Source: the human T2T-CHM13v2.0 reference genome, Homo sapiens
DNA length: 64,000 bases
Assembly: GCF_009914755.1 (NCBI RefSeq)
Contig: NC_060933.1
Direction: 5' to 3' (one strand)
Below, piece after piece: positions 1 to 13,951 of the stretch; positions within the stretch are counted from its first letter, which is position 1, and each line of letters begins with the position of its first letter. The position numbers and the translations under genes were made by a program. The notes under the pieces are model-generated. The model was not told the DNA's origin. It worked only from the letters and a program-made list of their open reading frames with translations, and made no database searches.

Positions 1-1434
1 ATGACTCATCATTTGGCAAACTAAAATTAGGCAGCAACAAGGATGGGAATTTATATTTTCTTCTGCACCATAGAGTGTTTTAAGTCTGGAGGTGACTGAG
101 GGGTTCTTTACGTTCTATCAATGAGACAGAAAGGCTTACCTTGTAAAACCATTTGGCCAATGCAAGATTTGTTCTCCGTAATGCAATTCTTAGGAGGGCT
201 TTTTTTCCTTAAATTTTAAATTTTATCACCAGTGTGTCAAAAAACTAAACATCATTTTGCAATTGTGAGGAATTCGTCATTAAATAACTGTGTAATAGTT
301 AAGGGAAAAAAAGTTCCCAATGCATAGAAAATATGACCATTAGATATTAATCATGGAAAATTTGGAAGATGTGATTAATATTCGAACAAAATAATATATG
401 GCATAGAAGCAAGTCTCTCCTACTGTTAAAATTAAAGCCCTATTTACTAATATGTTTAATATGTTAACATCCTGTCACCCTGATTGTCTCATTCAGCCTT
501 GGATACAGCTAAATATAAACCCCTCACACAACCAGATTTTATATACATCATATATAAAACATGGAATTGCTTAATAAACATGGTGTGTTAAGGTGATGAA
601 TTCTTACAGTAAACCCAAGGGTAAAGAGCCTTTAAAAATTAATCTAATTTCTCCTGAAACACTTTTCTACAGAGATTATGAAATGGCTTGTAACCAAGCT
701 GGCTTTGAAAAACTATCAGTAACAGCTATTTTTTCCTGATCATTTAAAATGCCAATTGTAGGTATCAGAGGGGTAATTGACCTGGCCTGTACTGGAAACC
801 TTATTGCATAAAAGGCTTGGGACATTTTTCCTTTTATTGATTTCATTTAACTTAATATAAACAACATTTTAAAGTAGCTAGCCAAAATGAATGATTAACC
901 AAATTTCAAATTGACCCAGAAACTCACATCTGTCTGAAGAAATGCAATACACATAGTATTTTAGTCATAAAATGAAAACATGAAGCAATGCAATGTCTAT
1001 TTTTAAAATGAAACAAAGTTGCAGTTTTAGTTTTGTTAAATAATATTTTCAAACTAGCTGCTTCCCTTTCCACCCTCCACTAAATCTTCTTCAAAAACCG
1101 TATCTGGGAACTTTCTATTGTAGAATGTTTTTTAAAACTTCTTTAGGTAAGGGCTGTATAATGCATATGATGCATTTGAAGAATACTAAAAAAAGAAAAT
1201 AAATGGCCTTTTTCAAAGATGGTAGATATTAATATAATTAGTATTTCCTTGGGGTCAAATATTTCCTGTCCCTACCCCCATTTTATAATTTATAATCCTG
1301 TTATGTTATTTATAATATAAGTAATACTGTTAGTGGTGTCTGTTGGTGTTGTTTTTTAACTTTAACTTAAAAAATTAAACTTACCAGGATTTCCAAAGGA
1401 AAGACTTGAAATTTACATGCAATTCAGCCAAGCA

Positions 1435-1735
1435 TTTTTTTTTTTTTTCTTGAGATGGGGTCTCACTCTGTCATCCAGACTGGAGTGCAGTGGTACTATC
1501 TTGGCTCATTGGCAACCTCCGCCTCCCACGCTCAAGTGATTCTCTTGTCTCAGCCTCCTGAGTAGCTGAGATTACAGGTGCACACCACTACCACCCGGCT
1601 AATTTTTGTATTTTTAGTAGAGACGGGGTTTCACCATGCTGGCTGGGCTGGTCTTGAACTCCTGATCTCAAATGATCCACCCTCCTCGGCCTCCCAAAGT
1701 GCTGGGATTATAGGCATGAGCCACTGTGCCTGGCC
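1435..1735 (-). mobile_element. AluS (Sx/Sz-like), full length
   Basis: Poly-T followed by reverse-complement Alu dimer ending ...gagccactgtgcctggcc. Confidence 0.95.
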
Positions 1736-2294
1736 CTAGCCATGTTTTTAAGATTGTTTTCCAGAATGGATGATGACAGGTCTTACTAAAATATCATGGC
1801 TATAATACTAAATGGCAAAGGGACATCTGTTCTGGGTCCTCTGGGTGGTACTCATATTGCAGGAAAGAGAACAGTGAATCAAGTACAATCAAAAACCCAT
1901 CTCTCCTATAAAATGATGGAATCTTTAGATTCCCTGAAAACAGAAATATTTACACACAGCAATTAATTAAACAAGCAGCAGAGATTATTTAAAAAGCTCA
2001 CGTGAACTAAGCAAATATATTTTAGCACAATATAGTTAATATCTCTAAGCATGGCTCCAAAATTCTTTCTTCTTCTTGGCATTTGGCCAGTGGTAGTTTG
2101 AAAGAGTGTCTCCAATTTTTCCATCCTTTCTGCATCTACACCTTGACCATGGTTTCATTATGGATGGGCTGACTTTCCCTATCTTTGAATTTGGGTCATT
2201 TGACCTGGACTGGCTAATGGCACATAGGCAGATGTGACGGTATGCCAGTTCTAAGTCTAAGTCTTAAGAGGTCCCATGTATCTACTTGCATTTC

Positions 2295-2503
<209 letters not shown>

Positions 2504-2639
2504 TAAAACACACCTGTTGCAGACCTGAACCCGAAGGCCTGCAGTACAAAGCACAACAGCACCATCTGTTCTGTTAATCCATGCAAGTCTGGTGTGTAAA
2601 CCAATCATTTTTTCAATGTTTGTTACACAGCATTATTAT

Positions 2640-2685
2640 ATTACTTTTAATGGCAAAAACTGCAATTACTTTTACACCAATCTAA
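2640..2685. mobile_element. MADE1 (Hsmar1 MITE), right half only
   Basis: attacttttaatggcaaaaactgcaattacttttacaccaatctaa followed by TA; matches the MADE1 terminal inverted repeat (TIR). Confidence 0.85.
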
Positions 2686-2865
2686 TAGCAATTTTTGACT
2701 GATACAAGGACTTTGACCAAAGCTTGTTTTGAAATAGTTGTTTACAAAATGTTAGAAGTTAACTATGTTGTCATTGTTTTCAGTTTAATATTAAATATGT
2801 ATTCTGGGCTGTGTAATATTTTCAGTTTCTAAGTTACATAGGTGGGATGGTTACAGGTTTTATAG

Positions 2866-3181
<316 letters not shown>

Positions 3182-4277
3182 TAATTTTCATTGTTAATGG
3201 AAGAAAGAAGCATAAAACTCTAGGAGTAAGAAGACTTTGATTAGCAATGACTTCCACAGGAATACATTGTACATATTTTCAGATACCTGTCAGAGTATTA
3301 ATACTGGGTCTGATTGATCTCTTGGACCATCACATCCAGAGCTGCATTTCATCAGTGGTGTGAGCTAGCCTCATAACCCAGAGGTCAAATGATGAAGATA
3401 TCACTGGCTAATTCTGCTTTGAAAAAGTATACATAAGTACAGGGCATTAGACTGGGAGGTGGGAGGTCTGGGACCTAACCTTCTTTATGCCACCAATGTC
3501 CTGTTACCCATAGGACAAGCCTCTTAGTAACTACTTGAGTCATAGATCTCATAAGACTATAAAGTTTTGCAATTTTCTAATTCTAGTTGTCTCACTTAGC
3601 TCTGTCAATTCACAGTAATATCAGAAAATGAAATTCTGACAATATCATTGTTAATAACATAAGTATGGGAGAAACCAAAGAGAGGTCTACAGACACTTTT
3701 GTGGCTACTCAAGTATCTCTCCAATAAAATTGATTTAAGAAAGGACATGTGCAAAAAGTGAAAAGACATCCAGGTAACAAAAGGGAAATGGTACTAATAC
3801 AGCAAAAATTCAAAATAAGATAAAACATGTAAAATGCTAAATTAAAATATGAGTTATGATGAGAATGAGAAAAACATTGATGGCATTGGCTGACTGATTG
3901 GCATTACCTAAACCCAGACAAATGGAGTCCCTTCTATGAGCCCTGTGCTTTAGAGGATCCCACTCCGGTCTGGCCTTGGTTACTCCCCTCCTGTTTGAAT
4001 GAGGAGATCAGGGATCTAGATCACATGCCCACATGGACCAGATCCTATGTATCTAAACCATGATCTAGGTAGCTTGGGACCCTGAAACTTCCTGCCAAAG
4101 CTTCAAGTCTGCTTTGAGTACCTGCACAGGCCTCTCCCCTAACTCTGTCCTCCCAAGGACAGGTGGTCAACACATAGCTGTTTGTAGGGAATGAAACATA
4201 GCCTGTATGTGTGAGCTGAAATATGCTTGATAGTGTTCAATATGGAGTCAGGGGTGGGAAGAGGAGTAGGGTGGGCC

Positions 4278-5346
4278 TACTGCTGGCTTTACTGGTATGT
4301 AACCTGTGTAATCATACAGGCATCCACACAGAGAAGGACTTCAGACTTAGTTTAGTACTCTGTTATTGCTATCTTGCTATTCTTAATAATTTCATCCTTG
4401 AACTTGTTCTTCACACATCAAATCTAGTGAGAAAACTAAGCGTGCACATGAATAGAGGAAGTACATGACATGTGGACATCCACTGCCATTCTTTACCACT
4501 GCATTTGCATACGCCGTCACAGTGCCTCATTGGCATGGAATCTAGTAGACCCACAGTGAACAGGACTTCAGTGAGACTCGAAGCAATACAAGTATACATG
4601 TTAGGTCTATGTCTAAGTGGGATTGCTAACAGCCCTGATAGGCTAAGCTTTTCATCTGAAGCAGAACTTGCTTTAAATGTGGAGAGAGTGCAATTGCATT
4701 CTAAGAAACACAAATTATCAAAGAACTCTAGCATATTCTTTATTGTGCATGTTAATTCTCTTTATTAGCCAATCATTTACAATGAAAATGATGACATAGA
4801 AGGAATGAGAAAGATAGGACAATTCATAGTTCCTTTTCCTTTTAGTACTTCCTGACTTATCAATAAGCCAAAGGCAGAAATTTTTGTAGGCATGTACACA
4901 CAAAAAAGGGAATGAAAAAGGAGTTGAATTAATTTTGTGCAGTTTTCCACTATTGTGTTAACAGTGAAATATATATTCATGTATGAGCTATGCAATACAA
5001 ATCTTATCACTTAGGTCACTCTACAAATGAGTTAAATGTGCCTATATTTGCATATAAAGCTGCCATTGTACAATATAAAAAGGTTCACTATAAACATTTT
5101 ACAATATAAAAATATTTGCATTTAAATTGGCATTGTGTAACATGAGGATATAAGATTCATGCTAAACACTTAAAATTTTAATTGTTCTTTATTCAAATAG
5201 CAAATACAAAAACCCAGAACAAGTTGAAAAAGAAAAGGAAAAACTTCCTATTTTAGTACATTTAATCATATTTTGCTTCTCCTTCTTAATAGTGGCCTTG
5301 CATTTATATTTTGCACTGGGCCCTATAAATTATGTAGCTTATTCTG
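4278..5346. mobile_element. hAT-Tip100 DNA transposon with MER91-type ends (Zaphod3/MER91 family), internally deleted
   Basis: 5' end resembles MER91 (..aacctgtgtaatcatacagg..gaaggac..ttcttaataattt); 3' end ttgcactgggccctataaattatgtagc..ctg. Confidence 0.7.
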
Positions 5347-6299
5347 GTTGGGAGGCTGTTGATGATGACTGGCTCTTGCATTTGACTTTATATTATATAA
5401 AAAATTGGATATGTTTCAAAATTTTAACCAGTCCTTTAAAGTTCTTTTTAAGGATATTTTCAAGAGAAGAGGAGAAAACCAACCTAACAGATTCTGGTAG
5501 AATTATAACTTATCAACATTTGCATATATGATATGTGGGGATTTGTATTTTCTCTTGTTTCAGGGCCTGCAATTATTAGCTGTGGGCTTGCTCTTTGGAG
5601 CCAGTGGTATTATGAAAATAAAGGACAGTAAGAATTTTTGGTTTTTTGGGAAGAGAGAGTACTGACACAGGCTGTTTGTTGCCTCTACAAAATCCAACTG
5701 TATCAATGTCAGAGAAAGTAAAGGAATGTATCTCTATTTAAAAAATGAATGTTAAATCCTACAGAAACTCCTGGGGAGAGGAAGGCAGTTGTGACCTGGC
5801 ATGGAATGGCAGAAGTAGTCTAGGCTAAAAGAAGGCTTAAGCTAGGAGTTGCCATTAGGAGATTGGTTAGGAGAAAACTCTGGAGTGGTGCTGCTTCAAA
5901 AAAGAAAAAAACACCTGCCCAGCATAGTTTTGTCTCCAGGTTGTAGCAGGGCATCATTAAAGTCTGGCAAATGTGTAAATAGACTGCCTGAGCCTTTAGA
6001 GTTGCCTTCTACTTTCTCCTACATTCTGAAAGTTATATGATTGAGAGGTAAAGCCTTTGAAGAAGAGCAATGTCCAGGGAAGACAGACAGGGGGAATTGC
6101 AAATGTTTCACGTTGGGCAAGAAATAGGTAAATTCAAGCCAAGATCATTGGACTAGGGATCATCCATTCCAAGGCAAATCCTCTCTCCTTAAATTCAGTA
6201 AGAGAATCAGAGAATAGAGCCTCGGCTTTGACCACCCCTCCTTGAGTACAAATTAACAACAGAAGTCATACCCTAGGCTACATACTGGGAACCTACAAG

Positions 6300-6429
6300 T
6301 GGGATGGCCATATAATTTATTATTAAAACCAGGACACTTTTGAGTGTAAAAAGGGGAAAAATAATTACCTGGGCTCAGTTGGTATAAACTGAGAATGTTC
6401 CAGGCTAACCAGGATACATGGTCACTCTA
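6300..6429. mobile_element. MER94 (hAT-Blackjack MITE)
   Basis: ccatataatttat..aaaccaggacacttttgag.. ending atggtcactcta. Confidence 0.8.
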
Positions 6430-8035
6430 CTCAAAATTTCATTTGAAAAAGCACCTTTCTGGATGAACAGATTAGAAAAAGTATTTGCCGCAAGATGGAC
6501 AAGTTGTAAGAGTAAATTAAAAGGCACAACTTCTGGGCAGAAAAACTAGAAACAGGTACTAATTTTGGACCCCCAAATTAGGAAAAGATATTACCATATG
6601 TCCTGGCTTGACAAGTGAATGACTCCTTTGAGTGAAGAAAAGTTCATTTTGACTTCTGGGAGAATGTAGCCCTGTGCCAGGGCACCAACTTGGTGATGGA
6701 GCACAGGTGCATTTCAGGTCTCCTGGCCCTTTCAACTGTGCATGCGTATGCAAGTTTCAATTGGCAGAGTCATGTATGGTGGTCCTGCTTATGACCCGAG
6801 AAGAATGTGAGCACCAGGGACTGTAGCAAGGCATTTGAGGAGCACGCAGATCATACAAAAGAGAATATATCAAAATGATAATTTCAGACTTAATTAAAAA
6901 TAAACGGTGCTAGATTTTAAAGTCAGCATACTAAGTAGTTGGAAAACAAAATGCAAGAATAGTCATAATCTGAAGCAGGAACAAGCGAGATTAAATAAAA
7001 GCCATTAGTGAATACCATGAAAGGTCACTGGATTAAAACCGTAAAGTGTTGCAAACAGGATAGGAAAGAGGAAAACCCCACATTTAAAAAATGTGTAAGA
7101 AACATTAAGAACACTGCAAAGAGAACATTCAAAAAGTCACAGAAAGAAAGAATGAGTAGATGAATGCTACATCGATAGATCTCATGTGAACATCAGGTTT
7201 CTGAATCGAAATGCAGTTCTTAAGATAATGAAGTAATAATTTTAAAGTTTAGGAGGAGAATTGATGGAAACCTTGAATTTTAAAGCCTGCTAAGTTAACA
7301 TTTGCATGTAGTCACAATGAAGATATTTTGGGGTACATAAAACATCAGAAGGTTTACCATATAAAAACGTCATTTGAAAACACTTGTTAAGATAGCATGT
7401 CATAAATAAATAAATAAATAAATAAGCTCTGAAATATACAGGAAGTATGGTAATGGTATTTTATTGTCTTAAAAAATAACGGTCAGATCAAATGGCATAT
7501 TCGTAATAATTCACAATTAAAAATCTTAATGAGGAAGGTAAGGGAAGCCCAGAGAAAGGTAAAAATCATGCTATATTGCTTTTCTTATTTGAGGGACATT
7601 ATAGAGGGATGTTTGAAATACTCATGTGGAGAAATGAATATAAGTAGCAGTCTTTGTGATGTTCTTAATGTTTCTTATAATTTAATTTGTATTTAACCAC
7701 AAAAAGAAAAAAGTGAGAATGTATACCTTTCAAATAAAAAAAAAGGAAAAAACAATCTTTGCAATGAAAGCCATATAGGCAGGGGAAGCAAAATGAAATG
7801 AAAGTGAGAGAAATGGAAAATATTAAGTTAAATGGCCAAAGGAAGTCCTACTATAATATTAACTAGAGTAAATATCAATAAGTTGAATTCAATTACCAGA
7901 CTACTGGATTAAAAATACAAGATCTAACAACATGCTGTCTGCATGAATCATACTTTAAATAATAGGACAAAGAAAAGCTAATTATAAAAAATAAAAAAAT
8001 TATATTAAGTCAATATGAACTAAAAGAAAGCCATT

Positions 8036-10706
8036 AAGCCATGCCTCAGAGACATTGTGGGTTAGGTTCTAGTCCACAAGAAAGTGAATATTACAATAAA
8101 ATGAGTCACTCAAAGTTTTTTGTTTTCCCAGTGCATAAAACAATAATGTTGACCTATGCTGTAGTCTATTAAATGTCTAAACATGTACATACCTTATTTA
8201 AAAATAATTTATTGCTAAAAAATACTAATGATCATGTGGGCCTTCAGTGAGTCATAAACTTTTTCCTGATGAAGGGTCTTGCCTCAGTGTTGATAGACAC
8301 TAACTGATTGGGGTTGTGGTTGCTGAAGGCTGGGGTGGCTGTGGCAATGACTTAAAGCAAGACAACAATGAAGTTGTTCATATCAATGAACTCTTCCTTT
8401 TATGAAAGATTTCTCTGTAGCGTGCATTACTGTCTGAGAGCATTTTACCCACAGTAGGATGTTTTTCAAAATGGGAGTCAAGCCTCTCAAACCCTGCTAC
8501 TGATTTATCAATTAAGTCTACATAATGTTCTGAATCCTTTGTGGTCATTTCAACTATGTTCACAGCATCTTCACCAGGAGCTGATTTCATTTCAAGAAAT
8601 CACTTTCTTTGTTCATCCATAAGAAGCAATTCCTCATCTTTTCAAGTGTCATCATGAGATTTGAGCAAGTTGGTCAAATAGAATTAGAAGCTCCACTTCG
8701 AATTTCTCTTTCTTTTGCTATTTTAACTAAGTCTTCAGTTCCTTCCTCCACTGAAGTCTTGAGTCCCTCAAAGTCATCCGTGAGGATTGAATCCAACTTC
8801 TTCCAAACTCCTGTTAACATTGATATTTTGACCTCCTCCCCTGAATCACAAATGTTCTTAATGACATCTAGAATAGTGAATCCTTTCTACAAGGTTTTCA
8901 ATTTACTTTGCTGAGATCTATCAGAGAAATCACTATATATAGAAGCTATAGGCTTACAAAATGTATTTCTTAAATAATAAAACTTGAAAGTCAAAATTAC
9001 TCCTTGATCCATAGTCTGCAGAACGGATGTTGTGTTAGCAGGTGCATTGTCAATAAGCATTAGTATTTTAAAAGGAATCTTTTTTGGGGGGCAGTAGGTC
9101 TCAATGATGTGCTTAAAATATTTGGTAAATCATGCTTTAAAGAGCTGTACTGTCATCCAGACGTTGTTGTACCATTTACAGAGCACAGGCAGAGTAGATT
9201 TAGCATAGTGTTTAAAAGCCCTAGGGTTTCTGGGATGGTAAATGAACATTGCCTTCAAGTTAAATTCAACAGATGCAGTATTCTTGCCCTAGTCTATTTG
9301 TATTGCTATAAGGAATACCTGAGGCTGGGTAATTTATAAAGCAAGGAAGTTTATTTGGCTCCTGGTTCTGCAGGCTTTACAAGAAGCATGGCACAACACT
9401 GTGTCTGGTGAGAGCTTAAGCCTGCTTCCACTCTTGCAGAAGGTAAAAGGGAAATTGCAGTGCAGAAATCACACAGCAAGAGAGGAAGCAAATAAGAAAG
9501 TAGAAGGTGTTAGACAACCAGCTCTTATGGGAACGAATAGACTAAGAACCCATTTATTACCATGAAGATGGCATCGAGCCATTCAGAAGGGATCTGCTCC
9601 TGTGATTGAAACAACTCCCATTTTGGAGGGGTCAGTAAATCCAAATTATAGTAGCCCTTAGCAAGAGAGCCGGCCTGTCCTTTGAAGCTTTGAAGCCCAG
9701 CATTGACTTCCCGTTTTTAGCTATGAAAGTCCTAGATGGCATCTTCTTCCAATAGAAGGCTATTTTATCTACATTGAATATCTGTTATTTAATATAACCA
9801 CCTGAATCAATGATCTTAGCTAGATCTTCTAGACAACCTGCTGCAGTTTCTACATCAGCACTTGCTGTTTGACCTTGAACTTGTATGTTATGAAGATGGA
9901 TTCTTTCCTTAAATTTATGAACCATTCAATGCTAGATTCAATCTCTTATGCAGCTTTCTCACCTCTCTCAGCCTTCATAGAATTGAGGAGAGTTAGGGCC
10001 TTGTTCTTGATTAGGCCTTGGCTTAGGAAAATGCTGTTGGTTTGATATTCTATCTAGACCACTAAAACATTCTACATATCAGCAATAAGGCTGTTTTGCT
10101 TTCTTATCATTTATTTGTTCATTGAAGTAGAACTTTTATTTTTTGTCAAGAACTTTTCTTTTGCATTCGACAACTTGGCTAACTGGTGCAAGAAGCCTGG
10201 CTTTCAGCCTATCTCAGTTTTTGACATGCCTTCCTCACTTCATATAATTATCTTTAGCTTTTAACTTAAAGTGAGAGATGCATGACTTTACCTTTCACTT
10301 GAACACTTAGAAACCATTGTAGGGTTATTAATTAGCTTAATTTCAATATCAATGTGTTTCATGGAATAGGGAGACTTGAGGAGAAGGAGATGGGGAAAAG
10401 GCTGTTTGGTGGAGCAATCAGGACACATACAACATTTATTGGTTAAGTTCCCTGTCTTATATAGGTGCACTTTGTGGTGCCTAAAACAGTTGCAATAGTA
10501 ACATCAAAAATCATTAATCACAGATCACTTAACAGATATAAAAACACAATAAGTTTGAAATATTGCAAGAATTAGCAAAATGTGACACAGACAAACAAAG
10601 TGAGCTCATGCTGTTAGGAAAAAGTGGGACTGATAGACTTGCTCAATGCAGGTTTTCCACAAACCTTCATTTTATAAAGTGAAGTCAATCAAGTAAATTA
10701 CACCTG
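8036..10706 (-). mobile_element. Tigger1 DNA transposon, near full length, non-functional
   Basis: Both degenerate TIRs present (right end cacctg+TA); ORF 8378-8590 (PGEDAVNIVEMTTKD..GFERLDSHFE..GKMLS) is Tigger1/TIGD1-like transposase C-terminus. Confidence 0.92.
9285..9653 (-). mobile_element. MSTB solo LTR inserted in Tigger1
   Basis: ttgctataaggaatacctgaggctgggtaatttataaag..; Tigger1 resumes at gcccttagcaagagag. Confidence 0.85.
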
Positions 10707-10889
10707 TATAGTGACTAAAAGTTAGATAGAATTTATGGTAAAATGCATTGAGAGATGATATATACTAGAAAAACAATAGATCAAGAATACAATATAATTA
10801 TGAACATATATGTGTGTAAAATAGAGTGCAATATATGTGACAAAGCAACTGATAGAAGCATATGAAAAAATTTAAAATATCAAAAAACT

Positions 10890-11186
10890 TTATTTGTTTG
10901 TTTGTTCATTTGTTTTTGGAGACAGAGTCTTTGCTCTGTCACCCAGGCTGGAGTGCAGTGGCACAACCATTGCTCACTGCAGCCTCAAACTTTTGAGCCC
11001 AAATGATCCTCCCACTTCAGCCTCCCAGTAAGCCAGGACTACAGGCATGTGTCACCATGGCCAGCTGCTTTATTTATTTTTTTTCTGTGTTGCCTAGGCT
11101 GTTCTTAAACTCCTGGCCTCAAGCAATCCTCCTGTCTCAGCTTCCCAAAGCACTGGGATTACAGGTGTGAGTTACAATGCCTCGCC
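10890..11186 (-). mobile_element. AluJ
   Basis: (TTTG)n tail; J-type gctcactgcagcctcaaac and ggcctcaagcaatcctcc. Confidence 0.92.
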
Positions 11187-12193
11187 AAAATTTGGTATTT
11201 AAATTCCAGTTTCCTAGAAACAGATAGATCCGTCAGACAAAAGGAAGCAAAAATAAAAGTTTGAATAATGCCATTAACAAGATCAAGTTGATTCAGGAAG
11301 AACTTTCTATTCTACGAACAAAATCATTATTTTCAAGTTGTATGAGAGTTTTACAAAAAGTTGTCAGAAAGAAAACTTTGATGCATTTGTAAGAAACAAC
11401 AGCACGTTACAGAATACGTAGTCTTCTAAAATAGTGTCATATGTATAAAATAAAAGAATAGATAAATTAATTTCATATGTCTTCTTATTAAAAACACATT
11501 TAAAATCTATACAATGACCTTTGAGTTAAAGAAAAGGTCAAGATGAATTCTTAAATTCTTAATGCTAAATGGCAAAAACCACTTTACATTAAAATTTCAG
11601 TTAAAGTAGTACTCAGAAATGTCTAGGTTTAAATACATGCTTGTTAAAACATAATATATTTGAAACAAACAACGTAGTCTTCTATCCTACAAATTAGGGG
11701 AAGAGATATAACTATTTTTTAAAAAAGATTTTATAAGTTAACTTTATAGTAAGTTACAAATGTCAAGTCAGATTTCTCTGAGAGATCCCCCTTCTATAAA
11801 CAAGCAAACAAAATCCCTCCGCCTCCCAGAAAAGCCTTGTATCTTTAAAAGATTTGTAAGATAGAAAAACCTCTGGCAAGAATATTGGAGAAATGCAATA
11901 GGGAGAAAATGCAAACAATCAAAATACCAAATGAAAACTATAGAAAATACTACAAATATATTCAGTAGATACAAAAAGGATTTTAAAACATGTAAATAAA
12001 CTATATGCTACTAAATTTGTTTGGAAACAAATGTAATGAATGAATTTCTGAAATGAATTACTTTCTAAGAAAGGAAGGGTAAAGTGGCACATATTTGACA
12101 TAAATAGAAATCGTAGAAATAGAATAATAGAATATGTGAATAGATAACCACTTAAGAAATTGAAATAGAAATAAAAGAGTAGCCAGGGGAAGA

Positions 12194-12232
12194 ACACACA
12201 CACACACACACACGCACGCACGCACACACACA
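12194..12232. repeat. (CA)n/(CACG)n microsatellite
   Basis: Direct inspection. Confidence 0.95.
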
Positions 12233-12383
12233 AACTCAAAGTCCAAGTAGTGTTGCTGATAGGTTCTATAATATTTCTAAGAAATGGATCATTCTTATTA
12301 GCTTTTACAATTTTTACAAGAAGATTAGGAAATATACTGTAAAACATGTAGAGTGAAAAAAAAAACTAGAAAACTAGAATTAA

Positions 12384-12707
<324 letters not shown>

Positions 12708-13659
12708 AGATTGATTTATTTTTTTCAGCTTATTTTCAAAATCAGTCAACCAATTAGCCATATATTTAAAAATCATGCATTATTTATTGCAGGAATTCAG
12801 GGATGGTTTAAGATCAGAAAGTTGATCTTTACAATAAAGAAGAAAAAAGTTATTAATAAATTCTTAATAAATGTTAGCTAAAAAGCTTTGGAAAACATTT
12901 AAGATAAAAATTTTCAGAACATAAGACATAGAATAGAACTTTCCCAACTTAATAAACATACATTAAAAGGCAAATAAACAAAAACTAAAGCTAAAAATGC
13001 TGTATTAAAATTTATGGAGAATGTTTAGTTGAATTTTCATTAAAACTGTGAGCAGAGTAGAATATCCATTATTACAATATGATTTAATATAGAATTGGAA
13101 GTCCACAGAAATAATGAATGACAAAATATGCATATAAACATTGGAAAAGGAAAGATAAAATTATCTTTATTAGCAGAACGTATACTCAGAAAATACAACA
13201 GAATGAAGAAATAAATTCTTTAATTATAATTCAGCTAGGTTACAGGCTACAACATCAACTAAAATATGTCAATTCACCCTCATTGCTAACAAAAAACAAG
13301 AGCTGAGAAAAAATATTTCATCCACAATCTCAAAAACGTTTTGTGTAAAATCTAGGATATAACCTAAAAACAAATACCTGAGTGAAGAAAATTTAAAAAC
13401 TATAAAAGAATAGAAAAATTTCTTGAAGGGTGAGATAGACCTTGTTCCTGAATAGTATAATCTAATATCTAATGATATCATTTATACTGAACTATCCTGT
13501 GTGTTCAGTCCATACACAATAAAAATGCCAGCTCAGTTTTTCTGAGAAATTGGAATACAAAAATAGCTTTCAAAAGGGAGGTTCATAAGTAAATTTAAAA
13601 AAAATTTAAAAGTGAAATTGCTCATACATGATAATAAAACAAATTCCAAAATATCATTT

Positions 13660-13951
13660 GGCACTGTTCAAAAGAAATATAATGCAAGCTACACATACGT
13701 GGTTGTACTTTTTTCTTAGGTACTTTATGGAAATGAAGCAGATTATATAAATGTTAATAATATTTTGTATTTTACCTAGTGTAACCAAAATGTTATTATT
13801 TCAGCATGTAAGCAGTATAAAAATTTAATGAAATATTTCACAATTTTCTCAATGAAAAAAATTTGAAATCCAATATGTATTTTGGATGTAAAACACATCT
13901 CAAATACTTACAGCCATAAGAGGCTAGTCACTATTCTACTGGATGGTGTGA
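13660..13951. mobile_element. MER33 (hAT-Charlie)
   Basis: gcactgttcaaaagaaatataatgcaagc..tcagcatgtaagcagtataaaa..ggctagtcactattctactgga. Confidence 0.8.

Noticed and set aside
8378-8590. TIGD1-like peptide
   Set aside because: Fragment of a decayed Tigger1 broken by stops, deletions and an MSTB insertion; not a domesticated gene.
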